Assembly (NCBI GenBank): GCA_030390025.1
Contig: CM059431.1
Location: forward strand, 131,256,001-131,320,000
Direction of reading: 5' to 3'
Origin: Squalus acanthias
Lineage: Eukaryota
DNA: 64,000 nucleotides
This document shows positions 24,368 through 37,009 of the stretch, piece after piece (position 1 is the stretch's first letter; each line of letters starts with the position of its first letter). Under the pieces are notes generated by a model. The model was not told the DNA's origin and ran no database searches. It saw only the letters and a program-made list of their open reading frames with translations. Made by a program: the position numbers and the translations under genes.

Positions 24368-24584
24368 ATAGCAAAATACTGCAGATGCTGGAAATCCGAA
24401 ATAACAACAGAAAACGCTGGAAAAACTCAGCAGGCCAGGCAGCATCCGTGGAGAGAGAAAGAGAGTTGACGTTTCAGGTCGATGACCTTTCATCAGAACT
24501 GGGAAGACCTGAAACGTCAACTCTCTTTCTCTCTCCACGGATGCTGCCTGGCCTGCTGAGTTTTTCCAGCGTTTTCTGTTGTTA
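24368..24584. mobile_element. Penelope-like pseudo-LTR insertion in inverted (hairpin) arrangement
   Basis: Homologous to the Penelope end at 38856-38990. Perfect 80-bp inverted repeat (24401-24480 vs 24506-24585) and 14-bp TSD taccacataatagg. Confidence 0.88.
24464..24500 (-). ncRNA. Minimal type I hammerhead ribozyme motif
   Basis: The minus strand reads agtt-CTGATGA-a-aggtc-atc-gacct-GAAA-c-GTC-aact: stem I agtt/aact, stem II aggtc/gacct, palindromic ACGT in place of stem III. Confidence 0.7.
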
Positions 24585-25620
24585 TACCACATAATAGGCT
24601 CACAAAGTACAGTGGTGCTCCCCAGAGGTCGGTTCTAGGACCACTGCTTTTCTTGATATATATTAATGACTTGGACATGGGTGTACAGGGCACAATTGCA
24701 AAATTTGCAGATGACACAACACTTGGAAGTATAGTGAACAGTGAGGAGGAGAGTGATAGACTTCAGGAAGACATAAACAGGCTGGTGAAATGGGCGGACA
24801 CGTGGCAGATAAAATTTAACGCAGGAAAGTGTGAAGTGATATATCTTGGTAGAAAGAATGAGGAGAGGACATATAAACTAAATGGTACAATCCTAACGGG
24901 GGTGCAAGAACAGAGAGAACTGGGGGTATATGTGCACAAATCATTGAAGGTGGCAGGGCAAGTTGAGAAAGCAGTTAAAAAGGCTTATGGGATCCTGGGC
25001 TTCATAAATAGAGGTATAGAGTATAAAAGTGTGGAAATTATGATGAACCTGTATAAAACACTGGTTCGGCCCCAACTGGAGTACTGTGTCCAATTCTGGG
25101 CACCACACTTTAGGAAGGATGTGAAGGCCTTAGAGAGGGTGCAAAAAAGATTTACGAGAATGATTCCAGGAATGAGGGACTTCAGTTACGTTGATAGACT
25201 GGAGAAGCTGGGGTTGTTCTCCTTGGAACAGAGAAGATTGAGAGAAGATTTGATAGAGGTGTTCAAAATTATGAGGGGTCTGGACAGAGTAGATAGAGAG
25301 AAACTGTTCCCATTGGCAGAAGGTTCAAGAACCAGAGGGCACAGATTTAAGGTGATTGGCAAAAGAACCAAAGGCGACATAAGAAAAACAAAATTTACGC
25401 AGCAAGTAGTTAAGATCTGGAATGTACTTCCTGAAAGGGTGGTGGAGGCAGACTCAATCCTATCTTTCAAAAGGGAGTTGGATAAGTGTCTGAAGGAAAA
25501 ATATTTGCAGGGCTACGGGGAAAGGGCAGGTGAGTGGGACTAGCTGAGGGTCGGCATGGGCTCGACGGGCCGAATGGCCGTCTTCCGTGCTGTAATCATT
25601 CTATGATTCTATGTTTCTAT

Positions 25621-26620
25621 GATCTCTCCCTCCCTCCGGTCTCTCCTCTCGCAATCTCTCACTCCCTTCGATCTCTCACTCCCTTCGATCTCTCACTCCC
25701 TTTGATCTCTCCTTCCCTGCGATCTCTCCCTCCCTGCGATCTCTCCTTCCGTGATCTCTCCCTCCCTTCAATCTCTCCCCCCGTGATCTCCCCGACATGA
25801 TCTCTCCCCCCGTAGTGTCTCTCCCTCCCCGTGATCTCTCCCCCTGCGATCTCTATCTCCCCGAGTTCAGCCGACTCCCCCTGCGATTTAGAATCATAGA
25901 AGCATAGAATAGTACAGCAGAGAAAGAGGCCATTCAGCCCATCGAGTCTGCGCTGGCTCTTTCAAAGAGCAATCCAGTTAGTCCCACTCCCTCGCTCTTT
26001 CTCCATATCCCTGCAATTTTTTTTCCTTCAAGTGTTTATCCAATTCCTTTTTGAAGGCTACTATAGAATCTATATCCACCACCGTATCAGGCAGTGCATT
26101 CCAAATCCTAACCACTCGTTGCATAAAAAGGTTTTTCCTCATGTTGCCTCTGGTTCTTTTGCCAATTACCTTAAATCTGTGCCATCTGTTTATTGACTGT
26201 ACAGCCATTGGAAACAGTTTTGCTTTATTTACTGTATCTAAACCCTTCATAATTTTAAACAATTCTACCTCCCTGCAATCTCTCTTCCCCGCGATCGCTC
26301 CCCCACAATCTCTCCCACCTGCAATCTCTCTTCCTCGCGATCTCTCCGTCCCCGCGATCTCTGCCCCCTAATCTCCCCTCGCGATCTCTCCCCTCATGAT
26401 CTCTTCTTGCCCATGATCTCTCCCCCCATGATATCTCCCTCCCTGCGATCTCTCCCTCTGTGATCTCTCCCTCACTGCGATCTCTCCCCTGCGATCTCTC
26501 CCCCCGTGATCTTTCCCTTTGCGATCTCTCCCCCTGCAATCTCTTTCTCCCTGTGATCTCTCCCCCCCCACCCCCGCTGTGATCTCTCCCTTCCCGTGAT
26601 CTCTACCTACCTCCTCGTTA
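25621..26620. repeat. Continuation of the GATCTCTCCC minisatellite, interrupted by a CR1 fragment
   Basis: Same unit at 25621-25888 and 26265-26620. Confidence 0.88.
25889..26262 (-). mobile_element. CR1 3' fragment
   Basis: ORF 25978..26262 FKIMKGLD...RVVRIWNALP...LQGYGERAREWD, with a tagaatcatagaa tail. Confidence 0.88.
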
Positions 26621-26879
26621 TCGCACTCCGAACCTCCCCACCATGCCCTGATCTTCTGTGATTGCAGGGACCATCCCCAGCAGTCACCGGCTGCGCCTTC
26701 GACCACCGGTTTTCCCGCCCATCAGCCGACCAGCCTCTCAAGCCGGTTGGGAAACAGAGTAAAAAACTGCTAATAAGGTCCTGCCATTAAATTCAGCAGG
26801 ACCTCCATGTTCCCGGGATTTCCAAGTTTCTCGGCCGCAAACACGCCTTCCCTCCCTCCCCGGAAATACTGGGGGCTCG

Positions 26880-27905
26880 GGGCTGGATTTTAATGTATAG
26901 GAACGCTTGGATTTGGGAGCGGGTGGGAGGTTAAAATCAGTGAAATTGGCAGCGCGTCAGGAAGCCAGCTCCAACCCGCCGACTTCCGCATTTCACTGCA
27001 GTGCGTTAGCTGCGTGTGAGCAACCCCTCGGGAGGGGCGGGTTGCCATTTAATATACGTTAATTGCTCAATTAGAGCGATAGTGACATGGGTTTTCAACT
27101 TTAACTTTGTGTGCACGGGTTTCCTGGGCTTTCTGGAACTCTATAACCTGGTGTTGTGCGACCTCTCAATTTTCTGGAACTCGCCAGTGAAAGCAAGGTG
27201 GGAACACAATGGCAATTGAGGAGGCTGAAGCCATGACAGGGAAATATGCCAATAAGTACTTAGTACTCACAGCTGCTTTCTTACCTGCTTGTGGGAAAGG
27301 GTTTGTTCACAGTACTTGTGCTGAGAGATTACTTTACACACTTTGGAGGTTTCTTCAGCACTTTGGAGGTTTCTTCAACACTTTGGAGGTTTGGAGGTCT
27401 GCTCTATCAGATCAACATGGGTGCCGCTTACGCTGCCTTAGATTGGACCTCAGTTAAGGACCAAGATAGCACCAGCAGCAGTAGCAGGACCAGCAACAGT
27501 CTACTGTTCACAGACCTGTAGCTCCACAGGAGAGAGGGGAACAGCAGACAGGTGCAGCTCGCAGGGGTCCATACCCAGCACACAGGGTCTACAGGCAGAG
27601 GATAAGCTTCCTTGACATGTCTGAACACCAGTGTCTCAGGAGGCTCAGGGTGTCATGAGCGGTGGTGGCAGACATGTGCAGGCTGCTGGAACAAGACCTG
27701 CTGCCAGCTGGACCTGGTGGCCATGCTTGACCAATAGCTGTCAAAGTCACCACCACCCTCAACTTCTTTGCCTCCGGATCCTTCCAGGGCTCTGCCGGAG
27801 ACATTTGCAGGATCTTGTAGTCAGCGGCACACAAATACATAAGACAGGTGACTGATGTCTTGTTTGTCAGAGCTGCCAATTATGTCAACTTGGCCTGCGA
27901 TGAGG
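26880..27905 (+). mobile_element. Truncated Harbinger element with 5' part of the transposase (27417 to about 27905)
   Basis: Starts gggctggatttt. Contains gctgtcaaagtcaccaccaccctcaacttctttgcctccggatccttccag ([17 protein letters not shown]), homologous to the transposase at 15420-16676, with stops. Confidence 0.8.
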
Positions 27906-28635
27906 CCTTGTTTTCAGAGCTGCCACCAGATTACAAATATATGCTCCATTGTGAACTGTTGAGATGCACTTTCAACATTTTCATATTCATTTATATAAAC
28001 TTTAGCTAACAAGCATTGAGGCAGAGACTGTAACATAATTTAAAAGGAAATTGGCTAAGTATTTGAAAAGGAAGAATAAAAATATGCTTACAGGGAAAGT
28101 GCGTGCCAATTGGATGAGAATAGATAGCTCCAATGGAAGAGTTGGCACAAGCACAGGCTTGAAGGGTTGAATTGCTGCCTTCTCTGTTATAATTTCTATG
28201 ACTCGGCGGGTAGTAACAGCGGGCATAGTCAGTGATGCAATTACCATTGTGCATTTTTCTGTTTATAAACCTAGCCAAGTTACTTTAACAAAACAGGGAA
28301 TTACAGGCCAGTTAGCCTGACATCAGTCATCTTGAAAATGCTGGAATCCATTGTTAAGGAAGTGGTATCAAGTCACTTAGAAAATCATAACATGATTAGA
28401 CAGAGTCAACATGGTTTTATGAAAGGGAAATCGTGTTTGACAAATTTATTAGAATTTTTTGAGGATGTAACTAGCAGGATAGATAAAGGGGAACCAGTGG
28501 ATGTTGTATATTTGGATTTCCAAAAGGCATTTGATAAGGTGCCACATAAATGATTATTACACAAGATTAGAGCTCATGGGGTTGGAGGTAATATAGTAGC
28601 ATGGATAGAGGATTGGTTAACAGACAGAAAACAGA

Positions 28636-29472
28636 GGGCTGGATTTTCTCAATGGGGAGCTTTTGGAGGCGGGACTCCCACTTGTCGGGTTTTAGTCCCG
28701 CCTCCATCGACTTGTGGCCAACCCACGCTATTTTCCCTTGATTGATCTTGTTAAGCCTGCCCAGCGGGCTTAGTAGGCCAATTAAGGGAAAGTTGGTTAC
28801 TGGTGACATCAGCGAGTGACGTTTCATCTGTCAAGAGCTTTTGACAGCTGAAATGTCATCGTTTGACAGCTCTGTGAAGCTGTCAAACACTGACAATCTG
28901 TCTTCTAAGTTGAGTCTTTACTCACAACTCAATTAGAAAGCCTTCCTGAGCAGAAAGCTGATGCATTTGAGAATGCAGCGGCCATTCTGCTTTCTCTGCC
29001 GGTGAGATGAGGGACTCCCGAGACCTGAATGGATGAAGTCTGGAGGAAGAAGCAAAGGTAAGTAAAGCTTTTAAAATGCTTAACACTCACCTCACACACT
29101 TAACTCTTCACACATGTACTCATCACTCACCTGCACACCGGACCTCTCGGCCCCTCCGACCCCCGCAGACCCACGGCTCACCTCGCTGACCCTGGCGAGG
29201 TTCGGAGCCATCGGGAAGCCCACACTTTAGGTGGCAAAATAGGGATTATCAAAAAAACTGCCTGTTAACTACCTGTTAACAGGCAGTTCATTTGCACTAA
29301 TCCCCTTCCCGCCTCGAGGAGGCGGCTCCCAGCGCAGGTCGGGTCCCCGCCTCCTGGGAAGATGGCACGGAGGCGGGTTGGGAGCGGGATGGGTACCCAC
29401 CCCCAGATTCTGTCATTTTCCCAGCAGTCCCGCCTCCATACCCGCCTCCCCAGAGCTTGCAAAATCGCCCCC
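28636..29472. mobile_element. Harbinger-type MITE (family B)
   Basis: gggctggattttc...caaaatcgccccc with TSD AGA/AGA. Inverted homologue at 34395-35223. Confidence 0.88.
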
Positions 29473-29634
29473 AGAGATTAGGGATAAACAAATCTTTTTC
29501 AGGTTGGCAGGCTGTAACTAGTGGGGTGCCACAAGGATCAGTGTTGGGGCCTCAGCTATTTACAATCTATATTAATGACCTAGATGAAGGGACTGAGTGT
29601 AATGTATCCAAGTTTGCTGATGATACAAAGCTAG

Positions 29635-31343
29635 GTGCTCGATTTTACCAGCCCTGAGGAGGCGGGTTTGGAAGCATGTCAGCTGGTAAAATCGGAAAAA
29701 ATGGCTTCAGACACCCAACCCACTTCCATCCCGCCCCCACGCGATTTTCCTGAGTGTCTGTTCAGCTGCTCCCAAACTGACCCGACTCCAACCGGTGGGA
29801 CAGGTAGTTAAGGCAGTTAAGAGCCTGTTAACTGCCTTGATAATCCTATTTTGACAGAGGTTTCCCATTTTCCTGCCTCTGGCTCCTGTTTCCCGTCTTG
29901 TCAGAAACAGTCCTGCTGCAAGAAGACGAGTTGGTGGAGGACATGATCAGTAGTCATTATTGGTGCAGAACTTTAAAAGCGCTCCTGTAACATGGCTGGC
30001 ATTCAAATGCAACAACTTTGTTGTTGGAGGTTTGGGATAAGATTTTGTAAATCTACTGACCTTGTGACTGGTCAAGCTGACACACATCTGCTGTTTGAAC
30101 TGATTTGAATAATTTCAGGCCACTTTGAGTGCGTGCTTGCAAGCTTCTTGCCTCAACTGTAATCTATAACAACGGGATGGGAACCATTTACATCCTCTCA
30201 TCCTGGTCGCCAGATTCGGAGGAAGAGCAGCGCGGCTTAGTGCTGCCGGATGAACAAGTGACTCAGAACACAGCCTCCTTGGAGGAAGATGAAGAGAATG
30301 ATGAAGAGGATGAGGAAGAGGACAAGGAAGAGGATGATGAGGAGGACAGGGAGTGATGCCTTGTGGGGTCAGATGTGGCCAATCCAGCAGCAGACGACCA
30401 CATTGCTGGCCGTCAGGCAAGGGATGCAGTCATCCATGCCAGATTCGCGTAATCTTATGCTTCAACCACAGGTGGCTGGCATATTGAGATGAATATAAGT
30501 CCGACATTCTCAAAACCCCAGGCATCATCTGTCCAATAAATGGTGGTTTGCGCTCAGTGTCACCACCAACATTCTATGTGGAAATCACCCTGAGCCCTCA
30601 CTCTTGAACTTCCATTTCCCAGAACACAGAGGCCACACTTTAGGTGATCTCAGCAGATCATTAAACCTTTTTCCACACTGAACCCATGTGTGTCTGCACA
30701 CAGACCTCGAGCTCACCTCCTCAGCAATTTGCAGCCAAGCTGCCTTGGTTTGCTGAGGAGGCCTCCTCCTTCCGTTTCCAGGGAAGAGGAGCTCCTGATG
30801 TCCTCTAACTCCCTCAACAAGAGCATGGAGAGAGCCCTCATTGAACCTGGGTGCAGCCTTAGTTATTGGGGCTGTCGTTCCTGCAGCAGCCAGCACCTTT
30901 AAAAGAAAAAAGCATTAATATCACGAAGCCAATGAGTGGAACAAATCTGGCATTTTTTTCAATTCATAGTCAGATAATAAACTGATATATAAAAAAAATC
31001 ATAAAAATCTTTCTGCAATAATTTGACCAGCACTTTCATTCATTAAATTTAGTTCACAACAGATGCTGTCAACTCCCCTTTCTATATATTACACCAAACC
31101 ATCACACTGACATGTTTCCCAAAGGGGACATGGCCCCTTTAAATTTTCATCCAAACAACGCATCATCAGACGCGAGAAACTGACAGCCTCCAAGCAATTG
31201 CCTGGAGGAACCCGCACGTCGGCCGTAACGAGGCCAATCAAGGAAAAATGGTAAGTTGTGGGAGGTGGCAGCCGGGAGCGGGTCAGAACGCCTCCGAGCA
31301 GCGGACCCGCACTCAAGCCGCCTCCATTAGGAAAATCACGGCC
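29635..31343. mobile_element. Internally deleted Harbinger element
   Basis: Right end gaaaatcacggcc. Transposase N-terminus (MGTIYILSSWS) plus acidic tail at about 30177-30450 (+). Myb exon APRFNEGSLHALVEGV...TWVQCGKRFNDL at about 30635-30890 (-). Confidence 0.8.
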
Positions 31344-31616
31344 AAAGAGTCTGCAAAGGGATATAGATAGACTGAGTGAGTGGGCAGTAAGGTGGCAGAT
31401 GGAGTATAATGTAAGGAAATGTGAGGTTATTCACTTTGGTAGGAAGAATAGAAAAACAGACTATTTTTTAAATGGTGAGAAACTTTCAAATGTTGGTGTT
31501 CAGAGAGATTTGCATGTCGTCGAGCAAGAAACACAGAAAGCTAGCATGCAGGTCCAGCAAGCAATAAGGAAGGCAAATGGCATGTTGGCCTTTATTGCAA
31601 GGGGGTTGGAGTATAA

Positions 31617-32451
31617 GGGCTGGATTTTCCAAGCCCCGAGGAGGCGGGCATGGAGGCGGGACAGCCGGTAAATTCAGAGAAAGTGGGGCCGGATGGCAAA
31701 CCCGCCCCCATCCCACCTCCATGCCCTTTTGCCAGGAGGCGGGAAGATATGTAGCTTCGGGTCCCGTCTCCTGGAGGCGGGAAAGACATTTAATCCTTTT
31801 AACTGCCTGTTAACAGGTAGTTAACAGGCAGTAAAAAGGATTCGTGCCATTTTACCTTCACAGGTGAAGGCTTCCCGACCTCGGAGAACCCCACCGGGTT
31901 GGAGGAGACGTGAAGGAGGTCTGCGGCGGTCAGAGGCACCTGGAAGTAAGATGTAGAGGTGAGTGATGGGTGCAAGTGTGGAGTGGTAAGTGTACAAGGT
32001 GAGTGAAAAGTTTTTAAAAATGTTCACTTACCTTGTTTTCTTCCTACAGCCTTCATCCGCGCTGGATCGGGAGAGCCGACATCCTCCTTGTCAATTTCAC
32101 AGACTGGCTGTTGGAACCTCCGAACCAACAAGCATGTGAAGTTTACAAAGTTGAAAGGTTTGATGAGTCCTGAACACAAGGTCTCATCAAACTAAAGAGA
32201 GTGTCAGTGTTTGACAGCTTCACAGAGCTGTCAAACGCTGACATTTCTTCTTTCAAGAAGTCTTGACAGATAGCACGTCTGACGTTGACGTGCTCTGTCA
32301 GTGACTTCCTCCCTAATTGGCCTGCTGAGCCTGCAGGGCGGGCTTAACAAGCTCAATCAGGGGAAAATCCCTCTGGTTGGTCAGGCGAGGATGGAGGCGG
32401 GACATTGACACGACAAGTAGCAGTCCCGCCTCCATTCACAAAATCCAGTCC
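31617..32451. mobile_element. Harbinger-type MITE related to family B
   Basis: TIRs gggctggatttt / aaaatccagtcc and TSD TAA/TAA. Confidence 0.9.
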
Positions 32452-34394
32452 TAAGATTAAGGAAGTCTTGCTACAATTGTACATGGCCTTGGTGAGACCA
32501 CAACTGGAGTACTGTGCGCAGTTTTGGTCACCTTATCGAAGGAAGGATATACTTGCCTTGGAGGCGGTGCAACGAAGGTTCACTAGATTGATTCCTGGGA
32601 TGAGATAGCTGTCCTATGATGAGAGATTGTGTAGAATGGGCCTATACTCTCTGGAGTTTAGAAGAATGAGAGGTGATCTCATTGAAACATACAAGATTCT
32701 GAAGGGGATTGATGGGGTAGATGCTGAGAGGTTGTTTCCCCTGGCTGGTGTGTCTAGAACTAGGGGGCATAGTCTCAGGATAAGGGGTAGGCCATTTAAG
32801 ACTGAGATGAGGAAGAATTTCTTCACTCAGAGGGTTGTGAATCTTTGGAATTCTCTGCCCCAGAGGGCTGTGAATGCTGAGTCTTTGAGTATATTCAAGG
32901 CTGAGATAGATAGATTTTTGGACTCTAGGGGAATCAAGGGATATGGAGATCGGGCAGGAAAGTGGAGTTGAGGTCGATGATCAGCCATGATCTTATTGAA
33001 TGGTGGAGCAGGCTCAAAGGGCCGTATGGCCTACTCTTGCTCTTACTTCTTATGTTCTTATGTAAAGCAATCCTCCTTTAAAGGAGCTGTCACCTCGTTA
33101 AATAGTCTTGCATGACTGTTCATATTAATACCTCACTGCTGACTTCTATAAGCCATCAGTGCAGAGTGATGATGCCATGTCGCCAGTTGCACATCCCATG
33201 CAGATTTTTAACTGGCAAGCAATGTACTAAGGTATTGTGGCTAATCATAACAGCTTATAAGGGTGATTCAGTCATCTGATGCTTCCAGCAAGCAGCAACG
33301 CTCACAGAAAGAGCATCTCAGGTAATCACAAGCCCATGATTTTCTGTCCATAATAAGGACAGTAAAATTAGTCTCCATCTCTGGGCTAAGAAGTAGTTAT
33401 AGGAAGATTAGAATTAAAACAGAAAAAGCTGATGCAATTTCTGATAGGCAAAATGGAAGTTGTGTGAGGGGTGGGAATGCACAACAATCCTTTCTTTTTC
33501 AATACTAAGCGGTGAAGGCCAACATCAGCAATTAAGAGGCTTATTTAAAGGGACAACACCTGCATAGAAAAATTATGAGCACTTCTGCTGCTATTCTTGT
33601 TTGAGTGCTGTGGAAGGATTTGCAACTTCACCACTGATTAGAACACGGAGGTTTTGAGTGAATTGTTGGCAGAATTCATTCTTTATCTTCAGAGAGGGTG
33701 AATGAGAACAGGAGAAATGGGAGTGATTTTAGCAACTCTATTGTGGGGAGAGGAGAAGGAGTAGTAAGAAGAGCAGCAGCACCAGCTGCATGTGCAACAA
33801 GGAGAGCATGCTGGAGCTGCATAGGAGGGGGGTTGCACGCAGGAGACTCTACTCTCCACCTAGGGCCTATAGAGTCAGAATCAGTTACCAGGAGCTCACG
33901 GAGGAGCAATGTCTAAGGGTGTTCAGGTTCTCTTGGCAGACAGCTGTGTAGCCTCCTGCAGGAGAAGGTGTAGCCTTCTGTCCCATCGTCTCACTCACTA
34001 CCAGTGGCAGGCCAAGTGACGTTGCCCTTAATTTCTTTGCTTCAGGGTCCTTCCAGACTGTGGGGGGGGTGCGGGGGGGGGGGGGGGGGGTCAATGCACA
34101 TGTTAGCCAGTTGGCTGCACATGCCTGCTTAAAATAAGTAACAGATGCTCTGTTAGATAAGGCAAGTTAGTGCGTCAAGTTGCCCATGGATAATGCCAGT
34201 CAACATGACAGAATAGTTGGATTTGCAGCATTTGCCAAGTGCCCACAAGTCCAGGCTGCGATTGACTGCACACATGTGGCTATTAACTGCCACATGAGCC
34301 AGCACCCTTTACAAACAGGAAGGAATTTCACCACTCTCTCAATGTGCAGGTGGAGAGTGACCATTGTCTGCACCAATGTTCCCTTAAAACCTAT

Positions 34395-35223
34395 GGGCAG
34401 AATTTTCATTGACCCGTGGAGGCAGGTTTGGAGGCGTGTGGGGTGGGAAAATAGCAGATTCGGGGGTCCCGAACCCATCCTACCCCCAACCCGCTTCCAT
34501 GCCAGTTTCCAGGAGGTGGGTACCCGACCTGTGCTGGGACCCGCCTCCCCGAGGCAGGAAGGGGATTAGTGCCAATAAACTGCCTGTTAACAGGTAGTTA
34601 ACAGGCAGTTTTTTGCCTAATCCCTATTTTTGGCCCTGAAGTGTGGGCTTCCCGACAGGTCTGAACCAGGCCAATTTAGCGAGGCGGACCGTCGGTCTGG
34701 AGGGCTTGGAGGGGTCGAGATGTCCGGTGTGCAGGTGAGTGATGGGTGCATGAGTGCAGAGGTAAGTGTGTTTGGTGTGTGTAAAGTGTTATAAGAACTT
34801 TTACTTACCTTAACTTTGCAGGCTAAGGTGTCGGGAGTCCCTCACATCCACGGCACAGAAAGCAGAATGGCCGCGGAGCTGTCAAAAGCTGCAGTCTCTG
34901 CTTTCTGTGCTGGATTGATTTCTAACTGAGTCTAAGTACAGGGACTCACGTTAGAAATCATATTGTCAGTGTTTGACAGCTTCACAGAGCTGTCAAACGC
35001 TGAAATTTCATCTGTCAAAAGCTCTTGACAGATGAAATTTCAATGGCTGACATCACCTGTATCCAAGGGACCCTTGATTGGCCTGCGAAGCCCGCTGAGC
35101 GGGCTTAACAAAGTCAATCAAGGGAAAATACAGAGGGTTGGCCACAAGTCGATGGAGGCGGGACTACAACCCAAAAAGTGGGAGTCCCGCCTCCATCACG
35201 TCCCCATTGACAAAATCCAGCCC
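34395..35223. mobile_element. Harbinger-type MITE (family B, opposite orientation to 28636-29472)
   Basis: gggcagaatttt...aaaatccagccc with TSD TAT/TAT. Confidence 0.88.
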
Positions 35224-35226
35224 TAT

Positions 35227-35370
35227 GTCTTTGACCAAGCTTTTGGTCATCTGACCTCATTTCTCCTTATGTGGCCCGGTGTCAAGTTTTGTTTTATAAC
35301 GCTCCCGAAAAACGCCTTGGGATGTTTTACTACGTTAAAGGCGCTATATAAATACAAGTTGTTGTTGTAG
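35227..35370 (+). mobile_element. L2 LINE 3' end
   Basis: ggatgttttactacgttaaaggcgctatataaatacaagttgttgttg matches the reverse of 59330-59460. Confidence 0.75.
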
Positions 35371-36133
35371 CTGCCGCGCAGCTGTTTGAAGCTCCAGTGC
35401 AGGCCGCTTGCTGGTTTCTCAATTGAAAAACCGCGCATGCGGAAGTTTGTCCCTTAAAGGGACCCAAAGAAATTAGCGGGAACATATACAGTTGTGTGCA
35501 CGATATGCTGGTTACTCCAACATCTCTATACTTTTTGAGCATCAGCAGCAGGTCTAAGGATGGCTACTAGGGGACAAGGACGACCCATTATTGACATGGT
35601 TAATGACACCCTTCCAACAGCCATGAATCCCAGCTGAAAGGCACCAATCATGGGAGCACCAGGACAGTAATCGAGCAAGCCTTTGGTGCATTGTAACAGC
35701 GATTCAGGTCCCTGCACAATCTGGGGATTTCCTTCAATACCGGCCCCATTGCGTCTCCCATATTATTGTCACCTGCTGCATCCTGCACAACCTCGCAATG
35801 AGGGCAAGACATTGAGCCAGCAGCAGCTAAGGAGAGGTCATCATCAGAAAGAGCTGCAGAAATGTGTGAGGTGTGAGTATTCTTCATCTAGAAAGCTTGC
35901 CGAAAGGTAGAAATAGTAAGTTTGTAAAAGGATGGGAAGTGCTCTTGATCAAGAGAGTGGCTGTCGTGAGAAAAGATGGAAACAATTCGCAGTGAAAAGC
36001 CTTCCAGTTGTGAGCAGGTGAACTCAGGCTGCTGTTTATGGCTGTTGTGAGGGTATCAGCAGCAGGTAAGTGTCTCTTTCTATGGAAGGAGAGCTGGTGC
36101 CGTGACCTGCTGTGAGTGGAGAAGAAACATGTA

Positions 36134-37009
36134 GGCCACAATTTTGTCATTGGATGCGGGTTAGGAGCAGGTCAGGTGATTTCCGGCTTCCAGTCCCGCC
36201 CCCAACTGCATCCGGCCAATGGACGTGAATTTATGTTGATTGACCTTGTTAAGCCCGCCCTGCGGGCTTGCCGGCCAATTAAGAGGAAGCCGGTCAGATG
36301 ACGTCATATGATGACACGTCATCTGCTGGTTTTCTTAAAGGGACCACACACAATTTTTCTTTGACAGCTCATTTCTCAGTGTTTGACAGCATTGAGGTGC
36401 TGCAAACACTGACAATCACTGTTCACAGGTGAGCTCTTGCACCCAGGCTCCCCAATGACTCCGTCCATAGGCTAGAACAGATGGCAGCTGCAGGTGAGGT
36501 TACAGAAGTGATCTGTCACTGGTGAGAGAGGTTCTCCCAATGAGGTGGGACTAGACATTGATTTCAAAACTTGTTACCTACAGAAAAGTGTAAATGTATT
36601 AAAAATGATTTTCCCAACATTTTCTTACTTCTTAAACTCACCAGTGTACCATTGGATCCTTCACACCACTTCTGCAGCTGTCATCAATGCAGAAACACTA
36701 CAGCAGACTCACAACACGCCACACTTACCTGGCGTGGTGTCCGGTCATCGGGAAGCCCGAGGCAGAAGTGGCAAAATTGAAAAAGAGCCTGTTAACTACT
36801 ATCAAGTACCTGTTAACAGGAAGGCAAGTGGCTTTAATCCTCTTCCCGCCGCTAGGTGTCGGGTCCATGCGCAAATCGAGGACCCGACACTTGGGAAGAT
36901 TGATTGGAGGCAGGTTGACGGTGGGATTGAAACCCGTCGTCAATCAAAATGATTTTAACCCTTGACCCGCCTCCAAACCCACCCTCTCAGTGCCGATAAA
37001 ATCGCGGCC
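36134..37009. mobile_element. Harbinger-type MITE
   Basis: ggccacaatttt...aaaatcgcggcc with flanks GTA/ATA. Shares the cctgttaac and tgtttgacagc motifs with family B. Confidence 0.75.

Larger units (their letters stand above)
21466..25620 (+). mobile_element. Decayed full-length CR1 LINE (ORF1 21763-22701; ORF2 about 22692-25543) inserted into the minisatellite
   Basis: Esterase GDSIVR/HIGT, endonuclease TITETW/FYRPP/MGDFN and RT FADD, with several stops, frameshifts and deletions. Tail attctatgattctatg. Confidence 0.92.
28295..33063 (+). mobile_element. One 5'-truncated CR1 split into four pieces (28295-28635, 29473-29634, 31344-31616, 32452-33063)
   Basis: Consecutive RT segments in colinear order ([40 protein letters not shown]...NFFTQRVV). 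Tail tcttatgttctta. Confidence 0.9.
33717..35830 (+). pseudogene. Highly decayed Harbinger transposase remnant interrupted by a MITE and an L2 3' end
   Basis: aatttctttgcttcagggtccttccag (NFFASGSFQ), [10 protein letters not shown] in ORF 34180, and ggggacaagg (GDKG-like) near 35570. Confidence 0.65.
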
